A stretch of 64,000 nt of DNA, taken from the NCBI GenBank assembly GCA_965219995.1, contig CBDCOX010000002.1, positions 1,888,001-1,952,000 of the forward strand, read 5' to 3'. The DNA is from Candidatus Latescibacterota bacterium (GTDB taxonomy: Bacteria; Latescibacterota; UBA2968; GCA-2709665). Position 1 is the stretch's first letter. Each line of letters begins with the position of its first letter. The position numbers and the translations under genes are program-made. Positions 28,937-38,404 of this stretch are shown here, in pieces. The notes under the pieces are model-generated. The model had not been told where the DNA came from, searched no databases, and worked only from the letters and a program-made list of their open reading frames with translations.

Positions 28937-31204
28937 CTACCTTCGAATGTCGAACGTGATGGCCGCCCTGCCGGTCTGCCCGCTGTTTTCATCCAGAACC
29001 AGGATTTTCAGGACCTGCCTCCCGGGTTCTGACGCACCCATATCCAATTCAAGGTAGGCCGGCTCGTCCGTAGCCGTGCCGACGTGTTCATATTCAATGC
29101 TGATGACGTTACCCTCTTCCCGTTTCCCGATCAGGCGTCCGAGTCCGCTCAATACGCGCGCGCCCACGCTGGTTCGACCCAACGATCGTATCTCGTACGA
29201 AATGCGATATTTCGTCGATCCGAATTCATCCCGTTTCAGATTATAGATTTCGTAATAGATGAACACCGGTTCGCCGAAGCGGTAGGTCCTGGACGCCATG
29301 GGAATCACTTCGATATCACCCTTTACGAAACGGCCCCGTTCCGCGACGTTGATTCTCGCCCCCATTTCAACTTCGCTCAACATCAGATTCGTCCCTGAAT
29401 ACGCCTTCAGGTTACGGTCTTCTCTGTATATCTGCGTCATGCCGGAGTTCCGATCCATCACCTGCACGTCGACCCGGTATACGCCAGCGGGCAACAGGAT
29501 CCGGTCGATTGCAGGAATAAAGGTCCCGCCCGAAGTGTCCACGACACCCGAGGCGCGGAGGACCATGTCGTCGTCTGTCCGGTAAACGGGCTTGTTCTCG
29601 TCGTTATAGACCGCCACACCCCGGACCAGGTGCGCCAGCCGCCCCGCATCCCCGTCCCGATATGTCAGGTCCCGGGTGGGTATGCCGTAGTACACCTCCA
29701 TCGCCGTCTTGTCATTGTCGCCTCGAAACGAGGCCGTATAGAAATAGAAGTCGAGCGGGCCCGTGGCGAATGTCGGGCGGTAGGTGGCAGGCTGCCGCGC
29801 CACCTGATCGAGCAAAACGGCCTTCGGGTTCATCCTCTGCCAGATTCTCGTAATCCGCCCCGTACCCAAGGGCATTCTCGCGAATTCGTAGGGCCCGGGA
29901 AAATTCGGTTGAACGAAGGTCATTTCGATGCCCTTGCCCACGCTGGTATATATCCAGTATTCCCATATGCCGCCCACGGGATACACCGGCCAGCCCAGTA
30001 TGGACGACTGGGCGACCTCTCCAAGGGAACGGACTTCGTCCTTCATAAGCTTCGCGGCGGCCGCCCCGGCCGACGCAATCAGGCGATCCTTGACCGCCAG
30101 TACCCTGGGGTCCGTCTCGAACCGGACGTCGCCGGATCGGCTGACATGATCCGGATCACCGAAGCGGATATAGACTTCCCCGCGGTCGTCCCAGGGGAAT
30201 TTGTACTGCCCGTGACTCTCCCTGGCCCTGGCCACGCGACGATAGTGTTCAACCTGGCGCTCGTTCGCGGCCGATGCCGGCGCCGGATCCTGCCCGACCC
30301 AGAACGCCTCTGCGGCCGCCTTCAATTCTTCCAACGAAAGGTCGCCGGGATCTCCGCCGCTCCTTGAGACCAGACTCAGGTCGTAGTAGAGTCGTTGCTC
30401 CTCCGGCTCCAGCAGCGAAATATAGGCTTCGAACGTGGCCTGCGCCCGGTCAAAGTCCCGCCGCCTCTGGTAGACGTCCGCCAGTTCCAGCACCGCCCGG
30501 CGCTGATGCGGGTTCCGCGTTCGGATCACGGACAGCAGTTCGTCGATTGCCTGCTCCGTCCGATTCAGCAGTTTCAGTACGACCCCCAGCTGCAATCGCG
30601 CGCCGAAATGGTCCGCGTTCACCGCAATCTGGTCCCGGTAGGCTTTTTCCGCCTTTCCGTACTCCCCGTCCGTCTCTTCAATTCTTCCAATCTGATAGAA
30701 CGCATCCGGGTGGCGCGGGTCCATCCTGACCACCTTGCGGTAGGCCTTGAACGTCTCACTGCTGCCAAAACGCTGGTACGTCTCTGCCAGATTGTATTGC
30801 GCTTCGACGTATTGCTTATCCGCTCGCAGGGCGTCCCGAAACGCATTGATTGCATTACGGAGCTGCTTGGGCCGGTCCCGGTACGTGAGGCCCAGGCCGT
30901 TAAAGGCCGGCGCATACCGCTTCCGCTTCCTGAGCGCCTGCCGGAACATCACTTCGGCCGAATCCAGTTCGCCGTGTTTCAGGAAAATATGACCGAGACC
31001 CACGTAGGACGGCGCGTGTTTCGCGTCGATTGAAATTGCCGTTTTGAAAGCCCGCGCGGCCGCCTCAAACGCCTCATCATTCAACAGTGCCATCGCACGG
31101 TCGTAGTGCGCCTCGGCCACACCGGGGCCGTCGCTCTTCGCCTGCGCCGGGCCGCTGAAGACGAGCGTCGTCAGGACCACCACGTGCCACGTGAATCGTC
31201 TCAT
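28937..31204 (-). CDS. TPR + GWxTD domain-containing secreted protein
   Basis: Signal peptide, N-terminal TPRs, NER..EHYRRV...WDDRGEVYIRFGDPD motif; AGGAGG RBS. Confidence 0.85.
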   Translation of the reverse strand: MRRFTWHVVVLTTLVFSGPAQAKSDGPGVAEAHYDRAMALLNDEAFEAAARAFKTAISIDAKHAPSYVGLGHIFLKHGELDSAEVMFRQALRKRKRYAPAFNGLGLTYRDRPKQLRNAINAFRDALRADKQYVEAQYNLAETYQRFGSSETFKAYRKVVRMDPRHPDAFYQIGRIEETDGEYGKAEKAYRDQIAVNADHFGARLQLGVVLKLLNRTEQAIDELLSVIRTRNPHQRRAVLELADVYQRRRDFDRAQATFEAYISLLEPEEQRLYYDLSLVSRSGGDPGDLSLEELKAAAEAFWVGQDPAPASAANERQVEHYRRVARARESHGQYKFPWDDRGEVYIRFGDPDHVSRSGDVRFETDPRVLAVKDRLIASAGAAAAKLMKDEVRSLGEVAQSSILGWPVYPVGGIWEYWIYTSVGKGIEMTFVQPNFPGPYEFARMPLGTGRITRIWQRMNPKAVLLDQVARQPATYRPTFATGPLDFYFYTASFRGDNDKTAMEVYYGIPTRDLTYRDGDAGRLAHLVRGVAVYNDENKPVYRTDDDMVLRASGVVDTSGGTFIPAIDRILLPAGVYRVDVQVMDRNSGMTQIYREDRNLKAYSGTNLMLSEVEMGARINVAERGRFVKGDIEVIPMASRTYRFGEPVFIYYEIYNLKRDEFGSTKYRISYEIRSLGRTSVGARVLSGLGRLIGKREEGNVISIEYEHVGTATDEPAYLELDMGASEPGRQVLKILVLDENSGQTGRAAITFDIRR

Positions 31205-31506
31205 CTACCTCCTCCTGCGAGGAGTCCTATCGATGTCCTGGCGCTAATCAGCGGGGGTTCGAGAGATCTTCGCGAGACCGGAACGGCAAACGCGATTCCA
31301 GTTTCGTCGGGAGCCATCGGTTGCCACCGCTCTGATCTGTTGCGGGGCGTTCCATGCGTCGCAAACAGGATTTCACCACAGAATACTAATGATACAAAAA
31401 AGGCCCGAAAAACACAAGCACGGGCAGGCCTCCCGGCCCGAAAATGCGCCACCGTTACGCCCAGTCGGTCCAGCCTGTCTCGCCACGTTCCAAGGGCATC
31501 CGCAGG

Positions 31507-32436
31507 CTACTCCGGTACGCCACGACCGCCTCCATCGGGAACGTGAAGCCCGATCGTCTCCAGATGCATCTCCAAAAATCTCAGAAACGCCGTGGCGGCG
31601 CGTGAAAGATGTCCGCCTTCGCGTCGCACCATCCCAACCTGACGCACGGGGAGCCCCGTCGCCTGAAGCGCGGTCAGCCTGCCCGAACCAACTTCCTCCC
31701 GGACCGCCACTTCGGGCACGATCGCGACACCCAGACCGATTTCGACAAATCGCTTGATGACTTCGATGCTGCCCAGTTCCATGGTAACTTGCGGGTGGAG
31801 TCCTGCCTCGGAGAACATCCGATCCATCAGTCCTCTGCTTGTGCTTCCCCGTTCAAGCATCAACATCGCGCTATCGCTCAGCGCACGCAGGTCCACCGTC
31901 TCCGCATGAGCCAGGGGATGCGTCGGACCGCAAACGGCGACGTCTTCTCTGATGAAGAGCGGCCTGGTCCTCACCCTGGGTTCGGTTACGGGAAGCGTGG
32001 CCAGTCCGAAATCCACCGCCCCCTCCAGAACCAGCCTTACGACCTCAGGAGACATCCGGTCTGTCAGGCGGATCTCGATTCCGGGGTACGCCTGGCGAAA
32101 CGCCTTTACAGCGGGAGGCAGCACATAGGCGCAATTCGTATCGCTCGTGCCGATACTCAGCCGACCCGCGCGCAATTCTCCGAGGGCCGCCATATCCTGC
32201 CGGATCTGCTCGGCCATCTCCAGAATCGCCTCGGCGCGCGCAAACAGAAGCCGCCCGGCCCCGGTCAACAGAATCTGCCTGCCACGGCGCTCGAACAGGG
32301 CTTCGCCGAGTTCATCTTCGAGCGCTTTCACCTGAAGACTCACTGCAGGCTGGGTGAGAAACAGCTTCTCCGCCGCACGGGTAAAACTCTTCTCGCGCGC
32401 CGTTTCCACAAAGCCCTTAAGCCGATCCAGATCCAT
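31507..32436 (-). CDS. LysR family transcriptional regulator
   Basis: SFTRAAEKLFLTQPAVSLQVKALEDELG helix-turn-helix plus substrate-binding domain. Confidence 0.96.
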   Translation of the reverse strand: MDLDRLKGFVETAREKSFTRAAEKLFLTQPAVSLQVKALEDELGEALFERRGRQILLTGAGRLLFARAEAILEMAEQIRQDMAALGELRAGRLSIGTSDTNCAYVLPPAVKAFRQAYPGIEIRLTDRMSPEVVRLVLEGAVDFGLATLPVTEPRVRTRPLFIREDVAVCGPTHPLAHAETVDLRALSDSAMLMLERGSTSRGLMDRMFSEAGLHPQVTMELGSIEVIKRFVEIGLGVAIVPEVAVREEVGSGRLTALQATGLPVRQVGMVRREGGHLSRAATAFLRFLEMHLETIGLHVPDGGGRGVPE

Positions 32437-32552
32437 TCGTCAGTACTCCGTCTCGCGATCGCGGCGCCTGGCAGTACCCTGGCGCAACTGCTTCGCGGAT
32501 CGTGAAATGGCCTTGTTATTCATAATAATATAATATAACAAAAATAAATTTA

Positions 32553-32567
32553 ATAAATTTTTTTTAT
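32553..32567. promoter_or_regulatory. putative LysR binding site
   Basis: ATAA-N7-TTAT (T-N11-A) dyad in a very AT-rich divergent intergenic region. Confidence 0.55.
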
Positions 32568-32662
32568 CGAATAGGGTACGTTATCATTTCATCGTCCCGC
32601 TCAACCCGGGGTTCTTATGGCGTTGCAGTATTCATGCACAACGTTCGATCTGGAGGTGTAAC

Positions 32663-33682
32663 GTGGGTGCAACGATTGTCGTAGATGCGCTCTGGGGCGA
32701 TTCCGGTAAGGGAAAAGTCGCGGCCTATGTCGCACTCCAACAGAGAGCCGCCTTCTGTGTACGCGCCGGCACCGGCACGAATGCCGGCCACAGCATATAC
32801 TTTGAAGACGGCTCCGAGATTCGGACACATCAATTGTGCTGCGGCTGGTTACATCCCGGTACGCAGATTCGAATTGGCAGCGGGGTGGCGGTGGACCCTG
32901 AAATCCTGGTGCGTGAAATCCAACGATACAAACTTGCGGAACGTACCAGGGTGGATCTGAGATGTCCGGTGATCGCGCCTGAACATCGCGCCCGTGAGAA
33001 AGGAGACAGGCATCTCGCTGCCACTCTGGGCAGCGTCTGCAGCGGAAGCGGCGCCGCCAGAGCGGACTTTGTCCTGCGCAAGGCCAGCCAGGCCCGCGAC
33101 GTACGGAACCTTGAGAAATTCCTTACCGACGTGCCGCGGGAAATCAACACGGCCTGCAGGGACGGGCGGGCCGTCGTCATCGAATCCAGCCAGGGCACCC
33201 ACCTGTCGCTCGCGCTGACCGCGGACTACCCCTTCTGCACGTCCGACAACTGCACTGCCGTCGCCGCAGCGGACGACGCGGGCCTGAACTGGCAATACAT
33301 AAGGGACGTCATTCTCGTGGTCAAGGCCGTACCCAGCCGTGTGGGCGAGGGCCCGCTGCCGTTCGAAATGGGGATAGAAGAGCAGGACAGAAGGGGCATT
33401 GCCGAATACGGCGTCACGACCGGTCGACGTCGCAGAAAATCCCGCGGGATCTCCTGGGCGCACTTTGAAGAAGCGGTCATGTTGAACGGCCCGACTCAGA
33501 TCGCGCTCACCTTCTGCGACCATCTCGATCCACGAGTACGGGGAGCGCGTAAGCCGGAGGCCCTCACGGAACCGGTTCTGGAGCTGATTCGCGAACTGGA
33601 GACACGTGCACAGGTTCCTGTGACCATTGTGGAAACGGGAAAGTATTTCGGCGACATCGTCGACCTGACATCCAGGAGCTGA
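32663..33682 (+). CDS. purA: adenylosuccinate synthetase family protein, short (archaeal-length) type
   Basis: WGDSGKG, NAGH, ESSQG, YPFCTS and GVTTGRRRR motifs; 339 aa. Confidence 0.8.
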   Translation: MGATIVVDALWGDSGKGKVAAYVALQQRAAFCVRAGTGTNAGHSIYFEDGSEIRTHQLCCGWLHPGTQIRIGSGVAVDPEILVREIQRYKLAERTRVDLRCPVIAPEHRAREKGDRHLAATLGSVCSGSGAARADFVLRKASQARDVRNLEKFLTDVPREINTACRDGRAVVIESSQGTHLSLALTADYPFCTSDNCTAVAAADDAGLNWQYIRDVILVVKAVPSRVGEGPLPFEMGIEEQDRRGIAEYGVTTGRRRRKSRGISWAHFEEAVMLNGPTQIALTFCDHLDPRVRGARKPEALTEPVLELIRELETRAQVPVTIVETGKYFGDIVDLTSRS

Positions 33683-33815
33683 TCACATACGTTTCAGGGT
33701 CGGATTCCCCGCAAGACGGAGCGTGTTCGCCCCGGCGACGGTTCTTTCGCTTCCCGGTCCGGCCTCCGGGCCGGACCGGCAGGATATCGTTTCCCGGTTG
33801 AAGGGACGGCGATCT

Positions 33816-34112
33816 CTAATTGTCGCTGTCCCGCCCAATACGGATGATTTCCAGCCAGGCCGACTCGTAATCTGCAAGCGCTCCCCGCCAGGCATTTCGA
33901 TTGCCCACCCCCTGCTGTAACGACAATGCCAGGCTGTCGACGATCCGCTCGGCATCGTCGACAATGTCCAGGCGCTTCGCATCCATCGCATGGAAGGCGA
34001 CGCCGTTGAGTTCGGTCTGTATGCGTTCAACTACCCGGCGAAAATCGTCACTCAGACATGCCAGCGTATTCCCGCCATTGAATCCGTTTTCCTGCACACC
34101 GTGGTTGGACAT
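33816..34112 (-). CDS. small hypothetical protein
   Basis: GGGAGG RBS, helical-looking 98-aa product, own promoter upstream. Confidence 0.65.
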   Translation of the reverse strand: MSNHGVQENGFNGGNTLACLSDDFRRVVERIQTELNGVAFHAMDAKRLDIVDDAERIVDSLALSLQQGVGNRNAWRGALADYESAWLEIIRIGRDSDN

Positions 34113-34172
34113 CGTGTGCCTCCCGGCCTGCGCCGTTCAATTGCCATTTCCTTTCGACACCATTGCAACCTA

Positions 34173-34201
34173 TTTATACTGAACAAATGAGCAGTTGTCA
34201 A
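34173..34201 (-). promoter_or_regulatory. near-consensus sigma70 promoter
   Basis: Minus strand reads TTGACA-N17-TATAAA. Confidence 0.7.
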
Positions 34202-34537
34202 GTCGAATAGAAGTGTTATATATGAATAACGACGATTCTAACGCCATATCGTGAGGGGTTCTTCGTCGATTTGAGCCCCCATTTACCAATCGATACCGGA
34301 AAACAGCCGTGCGCTTGTGAATTGTCTTTGCCCATGCTTAACCTTGATTCGTCATTTTTCGAGGACGTTAATTCGAATAAACGCAAGTTGATAAAGGCGA
34401 TTAAACATCTGATTGCCAGGATGCTTCAGGCCACTGGACGTGAACGGAAAAAATGTGCTTCCGGACGACCTTTTCGGTCCGGTGAGGAATGAACTGCAGG
34501 GTCACCGCGTTATGACACACGCCGCTTTGCACGGATG

Positions 34538-34566
34538 CTTTTTGTGCCTTTTGTGCTTTTTGTGGC
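34538..34566. repeat. short imperfect tandem repeat (TTTTGTGC)x3
   Basis: CTTTTTGTGCCTTTTGTGCTTTTTGTGGC is visible in the intergenic DNA. Confidence 0.55.
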
Positions 34567-34784
34567 CAATTTTTCGGTGTTCTTTTTTCACATTGAGGTT
34601 AAGTTCTCACATATATTGAGTGGCCGCCGGTACTTCCGGCAGGGGTGAAAACCACTCTGATCGGAGACGGGTACGGCGCCCGTGGGTCGAAGTGGCAGGC
34701 CGCTCGCCGCCGGCACGGCCGTTGTCCAAAAAAAGCTGGTTCCTCAATCGGTATCGAAACGTTTTTTTTTCAAGGAGATATACT

Positions 34785-36305
34785 ATGTTCAGAGGGAGTC
34801 CCCGTACAAGCTGCCTCCCGCTCGTCGCGGGTCTCGTCCTGGGCTGCGGCGCCGAACGTCTCACAACGCCGCAGAATGCTCAGACGAATGGAAACGTCCG
34901 GCGGCCGCTGGCCAAACTGGCGGCGAACCGTCAGGCACCGCTGGCCGTGGTCGTCGCCCGCCTTCGACAGGCCGGCACCCCTGTAAGCGGTGCCACCGTG
35001 GCGTTCGCCCGCTCGATTTCAGGAAGGGGCGCCAGCTACGAGTGGACCGGCACGACCGATGGACGCGGGCAGGCGCGAGTGGCGGTCGGAGAAACGCAGA
35101 CGGGCGGATACTATCGCGCGCAGGCACGCAGGAACGGAATCCCAATAGGGTCGTGGTCCAGTATCCCGATAAACCGCGGCGTCCAGCTCACCGTTGAACT
35201 ACCCGTCGGCGAAAAGGCACACGTCACGGGCTCAATCCGACTGACACCGGGCGGTCTCCCCGCAGAAATCCCGATTGGCGTTGTTGCGCCCCTGACGGTC
35301 CGTCAGACCCAATACGGTGCGGGCATTGACAGCGGCCTGAAACTCGCACTCGAAGAGATCAACGGCACAGCGAAGCTCGGGGGCGCAAATATCGTTTTCA
35401 AGAGAGAGGACTCCCGCGGCATGGCGCAGGGCGCCGTTGGCGCGTTCAACAAACTGATCTTTCACGATTACGTCTCCGTCATCCTCGGTCCCGCCCTCTC
35501 CACCGAAGCCAAAGCCGCATTTCCTGTCGCGCAGCAGAACCAGGTTGTCGCCTTCAGTACAACCTCGGCCGCGTCGGGCCTGAGCGCGATTGGCGACTAT
35601 ATCTTCCGTGCGAGTCTCAGTGTAGACGTGCTCATCCCTGGCGGGGTCGCCACGACAAGCGAGAAACTGGGATACCGCAGGGTCGCCCTTATGGTGGACT
35701 CCACCGACGTCTATTCCCGCAGCAGCGACGACGCGCTGCGCAGCGCCCTCACCGAAAACAACGTGGAGATCCTGACGAGCGAGACGTTTGCGACTGACGA
35801 TACTTCCTTTGTCGATCAACTTAGCCGTATCAGCGCCCTGAATCCCGATGCCGTTTTTGTTTCCGCCCTGTCCCGGCAACGCGTTCGGATTCAGGTCCAT
35901 GGCCGACGCCAGGGCATTCCTGCCAACATTCCCTTTATCGTGCCGGGGTTGACTCAGGAGGAAGTTCGGGATGCCGGCGATGCCGCGGAGGGTGCGATCG
36001 CCTTTACCGGCTGGACGGCCACGTCAACCACACCCGGGAATCACTCCTTCGTCGAGAATTACAGGTCGAGATTCGGCGCTGAACCGAATCGGTGGGCTGC
36101 GCAGTCATACGCCGCGCTATATGTTCTTTCAGAAGCAATTGCAATGGCCGGGTCCACGGATCCCGGCGCCATACGCGAAGCGATGGCCGGCATTACGGAC
36201 CTGGACACCGTTCTGGGTCAATTCTCGTTCGACCGCAACGGAGACGCGGTCTACGATCCCGTCGTGCTGGTCGTGAGAAACGGCGAGTTCGAGGATTTCG
36301 AGTGA
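34785..36305 (+). CDS. lipoprotein: unnamed N-terminal beta-rich domain + LivJ-type substrate-binding domain
   Basis: Lipobox VLG-C; IPIGVVAPLT, LALEEIN and VILGP periplasmic binding protein type 1 motifs. Confidence 0.85.
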   Translation: MFRGSPRTSCLPLVAGLVLGCGAERLTTPQNAQTNGNVRRPLAKLAANRQAPLAVVVARLRQAGTPVSGATVAFARSISGRGASYEWTGTTDGRGQARVAVGETQTGGYYRAQARRNGIPIGSWSSIPINRGVQLTVELPVGEKAHVTGSIRLTPGGLPAEIPIGVVAPLTVRQTQYGAGIDSGLKLALEEINGTAKLGGANIVFKREDSRGMAQGAVGAFNKLIFHDYVSVILGPALSTEAKAAFPVAQQNQVVAFSTTSAASGLSAIGDYIFRASLSVDVLIPGGVATTSEKLGYRRVALMVDSTDVYSRSSDDALRSALTENNVEILTSETFATDDTSFVDQLSRISALNPDAVFVSALSRQRVRIQVHGRRQGIPANIPFIVPGLTQEEVRDAGDAAEGAIAFTGWTATSTTPGNHSFVENYRSRFGAEPNRWAAQSYAALYVLSEAIAMAGSTDPGAIREAMAGITDLDTVLGQFSFDRNGDAVYDPVVLVVRNGEFEDFE

Positions 36306-36334
36306 GGTGAACGAACCACAGGAGGAGGAGAACG

Positions 36335-37174
36335 ATGCGTGAGATGCCGGTTGGCGTCATGATGAGCGCAGGTTGGACACTGGACCAACTCCGGCAGGTG
36401 CGGAATCTGGGCTTCGACAACGTACAGATTCACGCCCCGGCCGAGTACGTCCTGGCAGACAACCGCCGAAGTTCCGGTCTGATCCGGGACATTCATTCCG
36501 AAGACGTTGAAATTACTACGGTTTTCGCGGGGTTTTCGGGGGAGGACTACGGCGACGTTCAAACCGTCAAGGAAACTGTCGGGTACCTCAATCCATCTCT
36601 GCGTGAGGAACGCATCGAAATTACCGGGCGGATTTCCGATTTCGCAAATGCGCTCGGCGTTGACAAGGTAGCCGCGCACATCGGCTTCGTTCCGGAAGAT
36701 CCGGATCACCCGGACCACCATGCGATGATTGAATGTGTCAGAAGGCTGGCCGACCATTGCGGCCGGAACGGACAGGACTTCTGTCTGGAAACCGGTCAGG
36801 AAACCGCTGCCGCTCTACGCCACTTTCTCGAAACGCTGAGTCGCGATAATGTCGGCGTAAACTTCGACCCGGCCAATATGATCCTTTACGGAAGTGGAGA
36901 ACCCATCCAGGCCCTCGACGTCGTGGCCGACTACGTCGTCAGCGTCCACGCGAAAGACGGGAAATGGCCTCAGGGCGAAGGGCAGCTCGGTCGAGAGTTT
37001 CCCCTCGGTCAGGGGGACGTCGGAATGGATCGTTTCATTGCCAAACTGCAACAGATCGGATACCGCGGTCCCGTCACCATGGAACGTGAAATCCCGGATT
37101 GGGACCAGAAGGTCAGGGACCTGGTCCAGGGCAAACATCTCCTGGAGAGCCTGATTCAGCCGACAATCGCCTGA
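36335..37174 (+). CDS. sugar phosphate isomerase/epimerase (xylose isomerase-like TIM barrel)
   Basis: LETGQE, NFDPANMILYG, HAKDG and EREI motifs; AGGAGG RBS. Confidence 0.9.
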   Translation: MREMPVGVMMSAGWTLDQLRQVRNLGFDNVQIHAPAEYVLADNRRSSGLIRDIHSEDVEITTVFAGFSGEDYGDVQTVKETVGYLNPSLREERIEITGRISDFANALGVDKVAAHIGFVPEDPDHPDHHAMIECVRRLADHCGRNGQDFCLETGQETAAALRHFLETLSRDNVGVNFDPANMILYGSGEPIQALDVVADYVVSVHAKDGKWPQGEGQLGREFPLGQGDVGMDRFIAKLQQIGYRGPVTMEREIPDWDQKVRDLVQGKHLLESLIQPTIA

Positions 37175-37442
37175 CCCCGCGCGCAAGAACGCCCTCTCTC
37201 CGCAGAGTCACCTTTTGGCGGGAGGGAAGGTCCAAAAGGAAAACGACGGTAGAAAGGGCGTCTCTGTGATATTATACGTCTACGCCACGTCAAAGTTTCA
37301 ATCGGAAAGGCGCCGGGCGCTGGGGTAAGACTGCCGGATGCAGGACGGGCACACGAACCGGATCGGGCCAATCCATCCAGCATCGGAAAATCACGATCGG
37401 TACGTCTGGGTGCCGTGCAGAGGTTCGTTCGCCCGCGTCACC

Positions 37443-38336
37443 TCAGAAATACTTACCTACACCGATTGAAACGGAAAATCCACTCAGGTCTCCGGGGTTG
37501 CCCAGCGCATCGGAAAAGCGAGCCAGTGTGTAGCGTCCGTCGGTTGTTACGGCCAGATTCCCGTGCTCTTCGAACCGAACGCTGCAGCCGGAGAGAACAT
37601 ACCCACCGAGGGTGAGTGAGATATCAGGAAATCCGCCTATCGGTCCCCCGCCTTGCGCCATCCCCACATTGATGCCTCTAAAGCCACCCGCCGACCCGGT
37701 CCCGAAGCCCAATTCGCCCGTGGCGTAGCCCCCGTAACCGGTGCGATGGTCGTATCGAAGATAGGGTCCTGCGCCGAATCCGACGTGGGGCACGATTCGC
37801 CTCTTCACCCCGAATTGCCGAAGCAAGCCAACAGGCATCGATATGAGGGTTACGCGCTGCACCCCGGGGCGCAGATGTTCGCCGAGCTTCCGGGAAGCCT
37901 GAAGCGGTCCGTACGTCATATATTCGTTTGCCGCAATCAGCCGCAGTACCGGTGAGAGCCGCCGGTCGTACCCCATCCGGAATCCGAAGCCGCCGGTGGC
38001 GCTGGAGAAATACAGGCTCAATCCGTTCATATCTCGCAGACTGTTCCGAGGCAGGAGAAGTTCTCCCTCATTCGCATTTTCCGTCCAACGGACGGGTCGA
38101 ACCAGGTCTGCCGGAACGCCCGACCTTCCGAACCCTGTCGTCACCGGCGGCATGAAATCCGGACCTCTCCACGGCATCTCGGCATCGGTCGGGACGCTGT
38201 GCCCGCCCGGCAGGACACAGGCCCCCATGCCGACCCCGGGCAGCGTCCGTTCCGGTTCCGGCTCCTCCGCCGCGAGGGAGGTCGCGGTCACCGTTGCCCC
38301 CAGACAGGCGAGAATCGTCAGTGTAAGTCTCATCAT
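37443..38336 (-). CDS. putative outer membrane beta-barrel protein
   Basis: Signal peptide, alternating beta-strand segments (PHVGFGAG), C-terminal Phe (GKYF). Confidence 0.65.
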   Translation of the reverse strand: MMRLTLTILACLGATVTATSLAAEEPEPERTLPGVGMGACVLPGGHSVPTDAEMPWRGPDFMPPVTTGFGRSGVPADLVRPVRWTENANEGELLLPRNSLRDMNGLSLYFSSATGGFGFRMGYDRRLSPVLRLIAANEYMTYGPLQASRKLGEHLRPGVQRVTLISMPVGLLRQFGVKRRIVPHVGFGAGPYLRYDHRTGYGGYATGELGFGTGSAGGFRGINVGMAQGGGPIGGFPDISLTLGGYVLSGCSVRFEEHGNLAVTTDGRYTLARFSDALGNPGDLSGFSVSIGVGKYF

Positions 38337-38404
38337 GCACCTCCGAGGAAATGACCGGCGCGAACAGGGCCGGACGTTGAACGGGACATCCTCGCCGAAC
38401 AGGC

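Noticed and set aside
32663-33682. PurZ (2-aminoadenine DNA pathway)
   Set aside because: The catalytic Asp of GDxGKG is retained, and there are no phage genes, dATPase or MazZ-like neighbours.
34620-34784. N-terminal extensions given by the ORF track (also 49928, 53414, 25501, 26259, 58749, 42956)
   Set aside because: Downstream starts have better RBS, signal-peptide or gene-overlap support; the extensions look non-coding.
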